From the NCBI GenBank assembly GCA_973895155.1, contig OZ316895.1, positions 12,957,363-13,021,362 on the forward strand: 64,000 bases of DNA. Direction: 5' to 3'. Below the pieces are notes generated by a model. The model ran no database searches. It saw nothing but the letters and a program-made list of their open reading frames with translations, and was not told where the DNA came from. Shown piece by piece: positions 25,284 to 37,699 of the stretch. How positions within the stretch are numbered: position 1 is the first letter of the stretch; each line of letters opens with the position of its first letter. The stretch is from Marsupella aquatica (taxonomy: Eukaryota > Plantae > Marchantiophyta). A program made the position numbers and the translations under genes.

Positions 25284-28200
25284 ATTTGCCAAGCAAAAGG
25301 ACCCGTGACGATGCTTTGGTAACACAAATTTTGGTAAATACAAGGACTTAGTTCTGCAGACTATGAGAAATCAAAATCAATCAAGAGTAGTTGGCGAGGC
25401 TGTGGCCTTCTCCCTAGACAACTTTTCGCATGTTTCTTTGAAATAGTTTTGGGAAAACTGCACACAAACAGTCATGACTTTAGTTTGAGAAATATTGAAC
25501 GAAAAGCAAAATGAACTGTATTCACAATAGGAGCTCCGTTATGTTGAGCATATGATAGTGCCAAGTTCACCAGAAAACCAAACGAGCACCTGGCTGATTC
25601 CAAAACTTGAACATTGCACTGGAACCACATGCGTTGCAAATGTGCCAGAAAATTAGAAGAAGTTGTCTATCCTATCCTTCACAACCCACGAGAACATACA
25701 ACTTCTTTGGTGGGTTGCGCATCAGCGGTAACTGCGGGTTGAGATTGACAATACAAATGCTGGTCTGCCAGATTGGATGCTATGGTCATTAAAGAGGGTG
25801 ACAGGAAGAGCAGCGTACTGCTTTTGCAACCATGGTAGACACCCTCTCTTTAACAGAATCTCTGCTTGGAGCCCCACTCCGTTTGTTTCGAGTAAAGAAG
25901 CTGATTGTGCAATAGGCGGATACAGGTAAAGCGGAACGTGATCAGCGACCTGGGTCGTTCACGGAATGGAGAACGCAGCTAGTCTTTGAAGAAGAACGAA
26001 TCATATTGGGACTGTTGAATCGATTGTGGAAGCGCTACTCACATAGCAAAGCAGAGGAGAGCGTAGTCTGAGTTGAGCAAACGTTTTCCCGGTAGAAAAA
26101 ACTAAATGGCTTGGTGGATTATTATGTAAAGTATCTCTACTGTGAGTGAGTGAGTTCCAATACCGCATTCATACACTTCTTTTTGAGAAAGCTTTGAATC
26201 TAAGTATTCCTTTGGGATTAAAGAACTACATTCCTTAGAACAGATCAGCTTTCGCACACCTTTGGTAAAATGTGAAGGGATTCATCATCACAGGAACAAA
26301 CTGAGCTTTCACACACCTCGTTCAACACAGGCAAGAACTGGACAAATTGTGTGAAAAACCCGTCACCTTGGGACACGAAGTACTTTATGGACATCTTTAG
26401 TTTAAATGTGTTGTGCTTCTTAATGTTGTCATTCACGAGAATTGCTGAGCAATTCGGTCAGCAGAAACGGCGGTTTCAGAAGGAATTGGCCATCGTGCTT
26501 GAAGGTTTGAAGTTGATTTTTTGCCTTGAAAAATACTGACTTTCAAGTGTGCAGTGACACGAGAGGCATATCTCTTCTCTTCACACATCGTAGGAATCAG
26601 GCAAGGCAATGGTGAGTTCAGCTTTGTTAAGTTGGCATGCAAGCAAGGTCGAGACAAAGTGTTCCACTCATCTCCAGCTCTTGATCGAGGGAGGGAGGCC
26701 TGGATCAACAGGATGCGACAAAGCCCTGCATTTTGGTGGGGTCCCAATCTTGTGGTCGTTATCCTGCCGTGAAAGGTTTTGAGAAGAAATATTTCCTCTG
26801 GAGTGTTTCCTTTAATTTCAATAAGTGCAATTGTCCAGATTTACTAATTTCTTGGTGCTGAACGAGTCAGGAAGCCCTGATTGCGAAATATCTGTATTGC
26901 TAGATAGATTGCTTGAAAGTGTCCAGAATAATCTATGGCAGAGGCAGATCCACAATCAAATCATTGCTTAAGCTCATTCTAGATGTGAAATGGCAGCGGG
27001 CCCCTGCATTCTACTGCAGAATGCGGTCTGTTTTAAGATTAGCTGACAAGAGCTAGAATTTGTCACGGGCTGCTACTGCCCCTAGAGGACCAAAAATCTC
27101 AAGAAAATCCACAGTAATAGTCATCCACAATTTGACAAGTTTCACTTATGGACAGGACACAGAAATTTCATCTCGGTGGCTAATGTGTAAACTAAACCGA
27201 GAAGGTCTGGTTGAACCGTCCGCGATTAGGCAACCACGACAAAAACAAATCACTCCATACTTAATTGTAGTTCTGGAGAGTTTCTAATAATTCCCCGTAA
27301 CTTCTGTTGAGAAGATGCGCTCGTCTAGCTATATACGAGGCTACGGTCTAGTAAGAGTGAAACCTCTTGACGATACAGAGGGAACTGTTTTTCTTCCACT
27401 TCTGTTAACGTTCAATCGGCAGACGGGCTAGTGTTAATGATGTGGATTTGAGAGAACTTGCTCTGGCATTAGTTACCACTGTTTCAGGGAAAGTAAATGC
27501 GTACAAAGCTGTCTTGTTCCAAAAGAGCCAGAGAACACACAGGGCCACTCAAGGGGGATTCGAGTACTCAATAATTCATCCAAGCATCGCATCCCCGAGT
27601 TGCAGGATCCACCGCCAAATGACATGTTGATACCTTTTCACAGTTTTGGAGACCTGATATGTGAATGAATCTTGAGATCACTTGTATCCATTCTATTTCT
27701 CACCTAAATGAGGACCGATCTAATGGTAATTGTGCTGTCAACGTCTGGTACATACAAACAGCAGAGCTCTGCATTTGGAGTGAAATGAGTGGAAACTATG
27801 CTGTGGGTAGGGCTGCTGTACCTGACTTCGCCTCTTAATCTGAGAATGAATCAGATTATGCCTTAGGCGACTGCTAGCCTCCGTACATATTCACATTGAC
27901 ACCAGTTCAACAAGGTCTGCAGTATATTCTATCCAGCAACAGAACTGTAAAACTTGTGTCTCTACCAAAACTAGAGTATGACCAGACATGCAGATAGTGC
28001 CTTGGTACACAAACGCCCTCACAGGTTGCATGAAATAGATAGTACAAAGCCTCCACATTGGTCTTCTGAACTAGTTGTTACTGTGTGTCCCAAAGAAAAA
28101 CAATTAAAGAATTGTCGTGGTCAGTTCTTACGAAGGTTTCAGTTTTAAACACTCCCTCCCAAAACGACCAAGCATAGAACATCGCAAGGAAGTTAAAAAA

Positions 28201-28427
28201 GCTATGAGTAAAATACCACGAAAGCTGTCTAGAGGGAAGCTGGTGTAAACTTAGTATTGCAGGGCACAAGTTTCTTCCACCTTCATATTTTTGGGTCTCC
28301 TGTGGAGCTTTGGAGGCCCCCAGCGTCACTCAGACCGCATCCTGTACTTTGCCCGGATATAACTTCATAAGATGGCACTCAAACATCACTCAGCTCCATT
28401 ATCCGGGAAGTGGAACTTGAACTCCAA

Positions 28428-28454
28428 ATCCACATCCACATCCACATCCACATC
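28428..28454. repeat. (ATCCAC)n microsatellite
   Basis: atccacatccacatccacatccacatc. Confidence 0.85.
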
Positions 28455-30964
28455 AAAATTGTCGCGGAACAAAATCTAGTAGAGTCCCTGCTGTTTCTAA
28501 GCGAAAAGGACAATTCAGTTTCATGGAGCAGTAAAAGATTACTACATTCAGGGCAAATCACGAAATATCCGTCTTCCTTTATAGACACTCCTCACACATA
28601 CTGCAACGCGATCAGCGACAATGCAAACGTGCTGAAAATGACGGGAGCAAGAGCAGGCAGACACATGTCAAACCTCCTGTGATTACAACATTACCAACAT
28701 CCCCCCAGCCCAAAACCTTGGAGGGAACCCAGAAAACCCACAATTCTGTGCCATCAACACCTGACCGTTATGTCAACACTGAGTACCACAACCAATTCTA
28801 ACTTACAAAACGCCTAGCAGATGAGGTGCAAATTAACATAAGCATCATCACATATATGCACAGGTACAAGAGTGCTCACAAATCCTATTGATCAACAACC
28901 CAGCCTTCCGAGCCAGGACAAGTTAATGCAAACTGTGGAATTCATTTGGACACCAATGCCATCATTGGTCCTTGAATCCATCAATAGAGCAGGAGTGTTA
29001 GGGACTGCTAGAGCCGGCAGAGGGCCCTCCTGTCATAAGGGAATCCCACAAAGTAAGGTCAGCTATAATCCACCAAACGCAAGCGATAAAATATCCTATA
29101 GCAAAGCAGGATACTGGACTTGCAAGTTTCTCATTATGACAATTCTCATAAGAAACTTGGACGAATTATCTCAGCCCATAGCAAAGTGTCACTTCAAAGA
29201 AATTCCACATCGAACGGGGGGTACCTCTATCTTCTAAATGACAATCAATCCCCAGGATAAGTCATTTGTGACCCGCATTCGAAAGGACTAAAGATAGAAC
29301 TGTGTGGCAAAACTCTGATAAGCATATCCTGCACCTTCAGATACCACTAGACAAGCTTGGCCGCAACAAAGTGGGAAGCACAGAACGAGGTAGCAAATTC
29401 TGCTCGCCTTAATTAGTACAAATTAAATTCGAATCCTCAGAGGAACTATAGTTCGCTTACTTCAAACGCGTCTACCCACAAGGAATCACAGGAAGTCAGT
29501 CCAGGAACCTAGCTCTTGCAACTCAAGCAGACTCTTCCCTAAGCAAAATGAGCACCGTTACTCAAAGAAAAGCCAGAGAACCTAGTCATACATCTTCTAG
29601 TAGATCATTTGCCAAAAACTTTAAGTCAGGCACTTACCAACTAGAAAACTTCGACAAAGTATCCAGAAGGCATAACACAAAACAACAGTAGAAGATCGGA
29701 CTCCTCAATAACATGTGAGACATCTGAGAAGGATGGTTCGCTTCAGAAGAATTGTGAACCTCATTATTCCTTTGTATATAAGGGTCTGAGCCAACCACTA
29801 GTGCTACAAATCTTTTTCCCGGACAGTTGTCCAGGACTGAAGATCAACAGTGCCCGGTTCACTGTTCAAACTCCAAATCCATCTACATTATCTCATCATC
29901 TCTCAATTACCAATGTATCCTACATGCCCAGCATTGGCCCGCATGCATGCTCCCCGCCCAAGGGCACTAGCACCTGAAACAGCAACAGCGGCAATAATCC
30001 ATCAGAAGTAATATAAAGGAGAGAACGCCAGGAGACCTGAGATTATTTGAGCCAAGACCTCCTTTTAAAATATACAACACACGGACCAGTACTGTGGCGA
30101 TTATATCTATATGTACTAGACATCTCTACGAAACGTTGTCTACCTGCTAGACATCCTATTCAAAGTCCCCAAAGACGCTGTGTATATGACATAGAACAAG
30201 TAAAGCTGTCATGGTCTGCGTAAATAACCACCCTTTCCAGGGAACGGCACGTTCCTACATACTACAATGATCGATGAAATGACATTCAAGAGCTCATATA
30301 TCACGCTCTCGCTCACAGTTACCCTCGCCTCACGGATCTTGAGCCAGTATTGGTTACAGAAAAATGGAATAATATACATCCATGATGAGACCTCCGTGTC
30401 ATCACACAATAGGAACGAGACCTTCCTGAAGCGTTCCTCGCGACGGACAGGACTCCGCAGTAGCCAACAGAAGGGAAAGGCTAAACTCGCTACTCTCTAG
30501 ACGCCTAAGATGATACTGATACTACGCTACGGGCAGGTTGAGATGCCCTTCACATGAAAGGGAGTAACACGTGGAAGAAGGCAATTGAGTTCAATCGTAA
30601 CATAGGCATACTACTCTCTATGGAAATAAAGAAAATATACCTGAGATCGTGAACTAAACATATAACGTAACATGCCCTGCTGGAGGGGGTTGCCTCACAG
30701 GAAGGTTCCACAACAGCATCTTCACACAATGAGCTAAGGCTCCAGGCACAGCGAAATGCAGTAAAGATCCAACCTAACAACACTACTCAAACTAAGACCC
30801 GTTATTTCTAAATAATTTGGCCAGAAGTCCTACTAATTACATCGAACTTCTTCAAAGACCCGTTACAATATCAAAAAAGAAGATGATCTGTAGCAAATTC
30901 CGAGAGCCCACCTAATCAGTTACAAGTACAGCGCACTCCACATCTGAGAGGAAGCTGTAATGAG

Positions 30965-33900
30965 TCACCTTGAAACCTCAAACTCGTCGTACCCGCCATA
31001 GTGGCCGTAATCATATGTGTGCGAGCCCTGCTGTGAGTTGTTGAATCCAGGAAGCAACATGCTCATCACATTTGAAGGAGGGTTACCCCCAGAGCCGCCT
31101 ACTCCTCTGGGTGCTATGACTTCCAGTGAATTGGAAACGTGATTGTCGGATATTGTTTTGGATCCCATAGGAAGATGGGGATTGTAGCCAAGATTGCCTA
31201 CCTGTGACATATGATATCCACTACTATTTGAAGCTTGGCCGACTTCTGTGTACTTTGTGGATGATGGAGGAACTTCCCTAAAGCCATCTGGCAGCTGAGA
31301 GGAAGAAAGTCCCCTATAACTAGGCAACAAGTTAGGACCCCCATTGTAAGGCAAGTTTGATGAACCTCGAATGTACATGCTTGCAGATTCTTTAGCCCCA
31401 TTTTGCGTAGGGATTGCATCATGAACTCCATCATAATTGGTCTCAGGCATAAAGCTAGACAAAGACGGTTGGGAGCTATAAGCTAATGTATGTGCACTCG
31501 AGGACTGACTTGGAGGAGAGGGACCTTTCAGCATTTCAACGAGCTGAGACAATTCGTCATCCTCATCCCCATTGGATTCTGAGGCGTTGGCAGGTTTGGA
31601 ATGTGTAGAATTAAAATACGGCTGGGGAGCGCTTTGTTCAAAGTAGCTAAAGGGTTTATTGGGGTTACTATTATGAGCGGCGGTACCATTGGCGACATTT
31701 GACAGGGAAGATGGTAGCGAAGAATTGACAGACGGGGAAGAATAGGAATTGTATGAAGATTCGGCGTAAGGTTTTGTAACTGTAACTACTGGTTGGACGC
31801 CATTTTGACCACTATAGACAGCACTGTGAGTGAATGGCTCACTAATGTGACCATAGGCATCACTGTCCTCTGAGTAAAGCTTGTTGTTATTGAGAGGAGG
31901 GCTCTGTCCAGTGGCTTGATGTGAATACTTCTGTTCAGAACCAAATGCCGCCGAATTTTGAGGGAGAGGTGAGGCCCTACTTTGAGCAAACAGATGTGAA
32001 CTATGTACCCCTTCCTTAAGGGTCTCGACAGGCAATGAGGGCATTGACCAGCCCGGTGGAGGTCCAATAGCAGGCAAAGTCGGCAGCTGCATCCCATCGT
32101 TATACAAACTTATGCCTGGCAAGGATGACGGCAGCGCTGGGGACAGAGGAGCTGCAGGAGATGATATTCCCGAGGAAAATGAGGATGCTAACTTCCCTGT
32201 CTCGTCTCCCGAAGGTGAATCCATGCGTGCCATAGCTCTCTTCACTTCCACTTTCTTGCCTCTGAAAGGAAAATAATGCCTCTTAACTGCTTCATCTGCA
32301 TCCTTCTGCTGCTCGAAAAGTACAAAGCCAAATCCCCTTGACCGTGGTTTTCCTTCTTCATCATTGCCACAGATGACTACAGCATCTATTACTTTTCCGA
32401 ATTCTACCTCAAAAAATTCCCGGAGCTCATCAGAATGAATAAAGTGGGGTAGGCCACCGACGAAAACCTTCCTCGAGCTTGAATCGTCCCCCTCCTCGCT
32501 ACCAGTGGATGCAAGGGAGGATGCAGTCGAGGGTCGCATGCCAATTCTCGTGCCAGACGTCAGACTGGATGCTGCTGACAATGGTCGCAGTTCCCCCTCT
32601 CCATGCGCAAATTTACATTTACCTCCATGAGGACACGTTCCCATCTTCTCATGGTGCATACAGAGCTTTGTCTTAAAGTTCTTGACACCCTGATCACCTG
32701 TATCCGGGGTTACCTGGCCTAACTGGAAACCTTTGATTCCCAGTCCTCCATCACTCTTCTCGCCCGTTGTCTTGAGATTCTGTTGGCCCACTCGAAGTTC
32801 CTCCTCTGAATGCGCGAAATGGCATTTGTTTCCCCAGGTGCAGCCCTCACTAGTTCCATAATTTCGGCACAAAACTGTCTTCCAAGCGGGTAAATTAACA
32901 TTTGCCTTGCCGTCATCATCAACAAGGTCAAAGTCACCCATTCGCAGCTTCTGGGTAGCTCTTTGCATACCTAGCTTCGAGAAGCTATCTGTAAGGCAAA
33001 CTGAATTCCATGATCTAGCCTCCTGAGATGAAGGCAATGATTGACTACGCAATGAAAGTGGTGAATGAAATTGATGTGAAGACTTACATGCCAACTGGGA
33101 CTGATTCAACGGCTCTGAAAGGGCCGGCATAGAGAGAGACTGAGAAAAAGAAATCGGTTGACTACCAGAATAGTTCCCACCAGCGTGAGGAAACTGAAAT
33201 GGAGACTTCGGAATAGATTGGGAGGCAGCTTGGATAAATGTTGGAGCTAAGGTCATAGTAGGGCCCTCTGCACCTTGAAACGCAGCGTGTTGCTGTTGCT
33301 GGGCTACAACTGCCAAAGTTTGGAGCAAACTCTCTGACGACTGCTCTCTCAAGGTTGCCTCATCCAGACTAAGAAGAGCTCTCATCTCAGGAGACGGAGC
33401 TAACTGGAACGGTTTCTGACTTCTCAAGCTACTCACATTTCTATTGGCTCCGTGAGTAAGTAGAAGACCAGTGCACAGGAGATGGTTATTCTTCACAGAG
33501 TAGTGTAGCGGAGTTTCCTTCGTTGCAGCCATCACATTCACACCACCTGCTTCCTTCTCTAGAATAAGTTGCAGAGCTTCAAAATGGCCGTGACCTGCAG
33601 CCGTGTGCACTGGCGTAGCCCCAAGTTTATTTCCCATCAAGACATTTGCACCTGCATCAAGAAGTCGCTTCACAAGCTTCCTATTAACACTTCGTTTGTT
33701 CACTGGAGTTGCCTGCCGAAGGGCCCAGTGAAGCGCTGTGTTCCCGTCAGAGTCTGTTTCGTTGATTGGTGCACCAGCTTCCAATAAGAGTGACAAAAGA
33801 ACTTCATCGTTAGCTTGGGCAGCTCTAAGCAAAGGTGGCAGAGCAGGGCTCTGGGGATGAGCTGACAGTCGAGGGCTGAAAAGGAGTACACACTCTAAAA

Positions 33901-35152
33901 CCTTCCTTGCAATTTTGCAATCTGTCTCTACGTCCTCTCCGACTGCTGCACACTTGTCCTCTGCCACCTTCGCTCCTCTTCTATCCATGTCACCTCCTGA
34001 GCATGATCTTCTAAACTTGCTGTCTGAGTTACTACTCTCGCCTTCATAACCGTTGCTTCCGTACTTGGAAGTAATCTCATCCCATTCGGCCATGTCTTTC
34101 TTATATTTTATTTCTGAGCAATTCTCGTCCCAATCACTAGAATCTCTTCTAACCTTAGTTTCAAAAGGACTCTCCCAATCGGATGAATTCCTTCTAATCT
34201 TAGATTCCAACGCGGTCCCATCTCCTTCAAATGACGTCTTTCTTAGTAGACGATTTATCTCTCCAGGCCATGCCTCTCCAGTCCCATCTGGGTAAGTTTT
34301 CTTACTCTTAGGAGGGACTTTATCTAACGAACAAACGGATGAACAGGTAAGAGCCTTTCCTAACAAGAGATCCACCAGCGTCCCCACTGAATCTTCTTCC
34401 CCCTCTACCTTCTTAGCCACAGAATTCACCACATACGAACTTCTGGCCACAATTAAGAGCGCAACCAAAGGTACTAGCTTCAGATTTTTGGCAAATTTGA
34501 AGGCAACTGGGATTAGCAAATCCTTGCACTTCTGTTCTAACGTGCGGAGAGCCGTGAGATCTTTCTCCCTTACTTTTTCCACGATCTGTGCAGCAGGAGT
34601 CGCAAACTCCCAGTCCACATTCACTTTGCCACTCAGAAGCGCTTCTTCTAAAGGAACGGCCAGCTGCTTGTTCTTAAGAGATACGTTTGCACCCTGCTTT
34701 AATAGAACCTCTATACATCTCTTCGAATGACTAAGAGACGCAACGTGCAGAGCAGAGCGTTGATCGGTTTCATCTACGGCATCAACCCATATCCGTGGAA
34801 AATTCTGAGTTGTTAACAAGAGCTTACAGCAATCCACCGCGTCGAGGGCCGCTGCATAGTGCAAAAGCTTCCTTCCCAAGATCGCAAACTCGTCCTCCTC
34901 CTTGCTTCCGTTTGCCCCAGTCTTCTTCTTATTCTTCTTGCTCAGCGGCTTCGGGTTGGCACTCCTTTCTGCCTCCAAAGCCTCTTCCAACCCTTCCGCA
35001 TCATCATCATTAACCAGTTTTCGGAGTGAAGCCTTCAGGGCAGGCTTCAAATTCTTCTCCATTGCCTTTATATCGGGTCCTGGTAATGGTAGCTGGCGAT
35101 CCGTGCCTTCCGAATCCGAATCCTTCGTTCCCTCAGCGAAACAAGTGAACAT
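30965..35152 (-). CDS. Ankyrin-repeat, two CCCH zinc finger and RRM-containing protein (1395 aa, single coding exon)
   Basis: ANK repeats: GRKLLHYAA, RSALHVAS, LPPLLRAA, GNTALHWAL, GATPVHTAA, ETPLHYSV. Two C-x8-C-x5-C-x3-H fingers: WKTVLCRNYGTSEGCTWGNKCHFAH and FKTKLCMHHEKMGTCPHGGKCKFAH. RRM with RNP2 KVFVGGL and RNP1 RGFGFVLF. The tail is S/P/N/Y/G-rich low-complexity sequence. Confidence 0.93.
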   Translation of the reverse strand: MFTCFAEGTKDSDSEGTDRQLPLPGPDIKAMEKNLKPALKASLRKLVNDDDAEGLEEALEAERSANPKPLSKKNKKKTGANGSKEEDEFAILGRKLLHYAAALDAVDCCKLLLTTQNFPRIWVDAVDETDQRSALHVASLSHSKRCIEVLLKQGANVSLKNKQLAVPLEEALLSGKVNVDWEFATPAAQIVEKVREKDLTALRTLEQKCKDLLIPVAFKFAKNLKLVPLVALLIVARSSYVVNSVAKKVEGEEDSVGTLVDLLLGKALTCSSVCSLDKVPPKSKKTYPDGTGEAWPGEINRLLRKTSFEGDGTALESKIRRNSSDWESPFETKVRRDSSDWDENCSEIKYKKDMAEWDEITSKYGSNGYEGESSNSDSKFRRSCSGGDMDRRGAKVAEDKCAAVGEDVETDCKIARKVLECVLLFSPRLSAHPQSPALPPLLRAAQANDEVLLSLLLEAGAPINETDSDGNTALHWALRQATPVNKRSVNRKLVKRLLDAGANVLMGNKLGATPVHTAAGHGHFEALQLILEKEAGGVNVMAATKETPLHYSVKNNHLLCTGLLLTHGANRNVSSLRSQKPFQLAPSPEMRALLSLDEATLREQSSESLLQTLAVVAQQQQHAAFQGAEGPTMTLAPTFIQAASQSIPKSPFQFPHAGGNYSGSQPISFSQSLSMPALSEPLNQSQLACKSSHQFHSPLSLRSQSLPSSQEARSWNSVCLTDSFSKLGMQRATQKLRMGDFDLVDDDGKANVNLPAWKTVLCRNYGTSEGCTWGNKCHFAHSEEELRVGQQNLKTTGEKSDGGLGIKGFQLGQVTPDTGDQGVKNFKTKLCMHHEKMGTCPHGGKCKFAHGEGELRPLSAASSLTSGTRIGMRPSTASSLASTGSEEGDDSSSRKVFVGGLPHFIHSDELREFFEVEFGKVIDAVVICGNDEEGKPRSRGFGFVLFEQQKDADEAVKRHYFPFRGKKVEVKRAMARMDSPSGDETGKLASSFSSGISSPAAPLSPALPSSLPGISLYNDGMQLPTLPAIGPPPGWSMPSLPVETLKEGVHSSHLFAQSRASPLPQNSAAFGSEQKYSHQATGQSPPLNNNKLYSEDSDAYGHISEPFTHSAVYSGQNGVQPVVTVTKPYAESSYNSYSSPSVNSSLPSSLSNVANGTAAHNSNPNKPFSYFEQSAPQPYFNSTHSKPANASESNGDEDDELSQLVEMLKGPSPPSQSSSAHTLAYSSQPSLSSFMPETNYDGVHDAIPTQNGAKESASMYIRGSSNLPYNGGPNLLPSYRGLSSSQLPDGFREVPPSSTKYTEVGQASNSSGYHMSQVGNLGYNPHLPMGSKTISDNHVSNSLEVIAPRGVGGSGGNPPSNVMSMLLPGFNNSQQGSHTYDYGHYGGYDEFEVSR

Positions 35153-35229
35153 TTCTTTACACCCTTTGTTTCCCCAAATTCAACTTCTCTGATAAACAAA
35201 CTCCAGTAACTCGGGGAATATCGCCTCCA

Positions 35230-37062
35230 CTGTAAGCAAGCAGAACTTTGGTCAGCTCTACCGTATCGTCGTCATTATTCTCCATAGACGCTATTGATTC
35301 AAAGACTCAAGTCGGAGCAGTATTAGGGAGCTATGACGTTTCCAAACGAAGGTACTGCATTTTGCCCGGCTTTCCTAGCCATAACCAACAACCCAACTAA
35401 CCATCGCCAACGCATTTCGCCAGCAGAAAAGAACCATTGTCTGAATATCATCTCATTTAGGTCTAGAGGACAACAGTGACCAACCTCAGATGCAAGACGT
35501 TAGCATTGATCAAAAAAATCAATCCGAGCACCTACAGCAGTAAATTATCCCCCGACCCGACTTGATAGGTTCACGAAGCTTAGGCGAACTGCTGCCTTAT
35601 CTCGACATGAGCATTTTACGGGACTGACGACAGAACCGTCTCTACAAAATTTCAAACAGCAGATTGTAGAAGCGAGTCGAGGTCCTTCTACTACACATTG
35701 ATCTGTCTCACCAGTAAAACAATTATACAGTCCAAATGCAAGAAATACAGCAGAGACCAGAAACAGATTCCTTTGAAAATTCAGCTCAAGAACCGCGTCA
35801 GAGAACCGCTCTGTTGGGGTAGCGGGTGTCGCACCCTTTCAAGCAAACGTTCCCGACGCAGGACACGAAGGGCTCGAGAGTCGTCACACGTAGACGAGGA
35901 AGCTATGTGGCCGTCTTACAAAAACCGGCCTCTTTTCTGGCCCGAAGACGTTCCTAAACTACTCAATTGTCATGAGACACCTATACACTACACACCACAA
36001 CACAAGTGGAGACGAGAAAACCGAACGAAAAAGAACTGGACCACCAAACATGCACCTACGCTACCCCCCGGTCTCCACACGGTCGAGAAGGGACCGGACG
36101 AAGAATGCTAAGCAACGAAGGACGGCCTGCCGCAGCCCTTTGCCATGTTCCCCCGGGGGACTAGTGTAGAAGGTCACCTTGACGCAGTCTAAACGGCACG
36201 ATAGTTCTTTAGTCAGATGAAAGACAGTCCACACGCAGCACGAGCGGAGCTTGAGTAGTGTAGGGGGGGGGGAACTAGAAAACACTAGAGTTGAAGCTCC
36301 CTCCACCTTACCGAATTGTCGTCAGCTAGACGAGTGTAGCATCGAACTATTACTGAAGGGCAACCGATGGCGGTATTTCCAGTTCTGCAGAGAAACAGTC
36401 CGAGCCGTGACGACGCTTCCCTAAAATGCGACCGGCAGGCAAACGCACCCGCACGATACGAAGTTAAAGAAGATTGTCTGCCTCCGCCTCGCAGCATAAG
36501 CAAAAGACACCACTCCTCCTACGAAAATATCAACTGCTGCTGCTACTACTGTCAGTGCCAATCGACAGTCCTTTGCTCCCGTGAGAATATTAGAACCACC
36601 CCGAAGAAGGCAAAGACGCGGTTCGATACAATTAATTATTTCGTTCGTTCATTCGTCGTCGTACATCACTCGACGCGTAAGGAGTGTCCGCAATCCGCCT
36701 TCTCCAGGGGCTCGACCAGCTATTGCATTACTCGATAACTCGACGTATTCCGCATTACCTGATATGCAGTCGTTGAATACTTGTAGACCGCCCGTCGCTG
36801 GTCCCACCCACGACCGAACCACTCTCGACGACTCTACCCTTCCCGTCCCTCCCCTTCCCGGCCAGCAAACAGGAACGAGCATGCAAATTACATCACACCG
36901 CGAGCAAACTCGAGCCAACTGGAGCCAAGCACAGCAGCAGAAGCACAGCAAGGCTTCTTGTGCTGGTACTACTGCTGCTGCAAGCAAACCGATGAAGATA
37001 GGGCTGACTTACACTAAAAACATCATAACAAAGAAGCAAGCGGGAGATCCAATAATGCTCAC
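35230..37062 (-). other. Probable 5'-UTR intron of the ANK-CCCH-RRM gene
   Basis: Minus-strand donor GAAG|GTGAGC at 37063/37062 and acceptor cttgcttacAG| at 35230, ~77 nt before the ATG. A purine-rich leader-like sequence lies upstream. Inferred without transcript data. Confidence 0.5.
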
Positions 37063-37699
37063 CTTCAAACCTCTCGTCGCTCGGCTCGATGGCGATGCTC
37101 AATCAATCAATCAATCAAAATCTCAAAGCCTGATCAGCGAAATGTGACAACAGCGGCAGGAAGAATATGGCGTGGCCTCCACAAAGCAGCTCTTGCAAAC
37201 GACCGACCAACAGAGGGCTAGTCATCGTCAGGAACCGCGACTACTGCTGTTGCTCATACTGCTGCTCTTGCTCCTGTGTGCACTCGGGGCTCCATCATTC
37301 TGCACACCACACCTCAATCTCTCCAAACACTCGACCTCGTCGACCATCTCTCTCGAACACAACTCTTTCGGTCTATCGACTCCCACTCGACTCTTTCTCT
37401 CGCACTCTGCCCTCCGGGTCCCGTGTACAACGCTCTCCGCGCGATCCCCCATGCCCCCACCCCCACCCTCTTCCGCCATCTCCTCGCCGTCGCTACACCG
37501 TAGCCAAACCGACGCGCGTCGTCTCAAGCGGATCAGCATGAACCGACGGCACCACCACCAGAGAGCGCCAAACAAGATATGACGCGTCTGCGTCCGCAAC
37601 AAGATCGTGCATTCGCGTTTTGCGTCGTTGGTTGATGCCCGACGGCCGACGGCGTCTATGTGAAGCCACCCTACGACACACTGTAAACAAGGTGGAAAT

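Noticed and set aside
25793-25850. Short hairpin with a vaguely miR156-like stretch (gtgacaggaagagcag)
   Set aside because: Too many mismatches to miR156/529, and the stem is too short and interrupted for a plant pre-miRNA.
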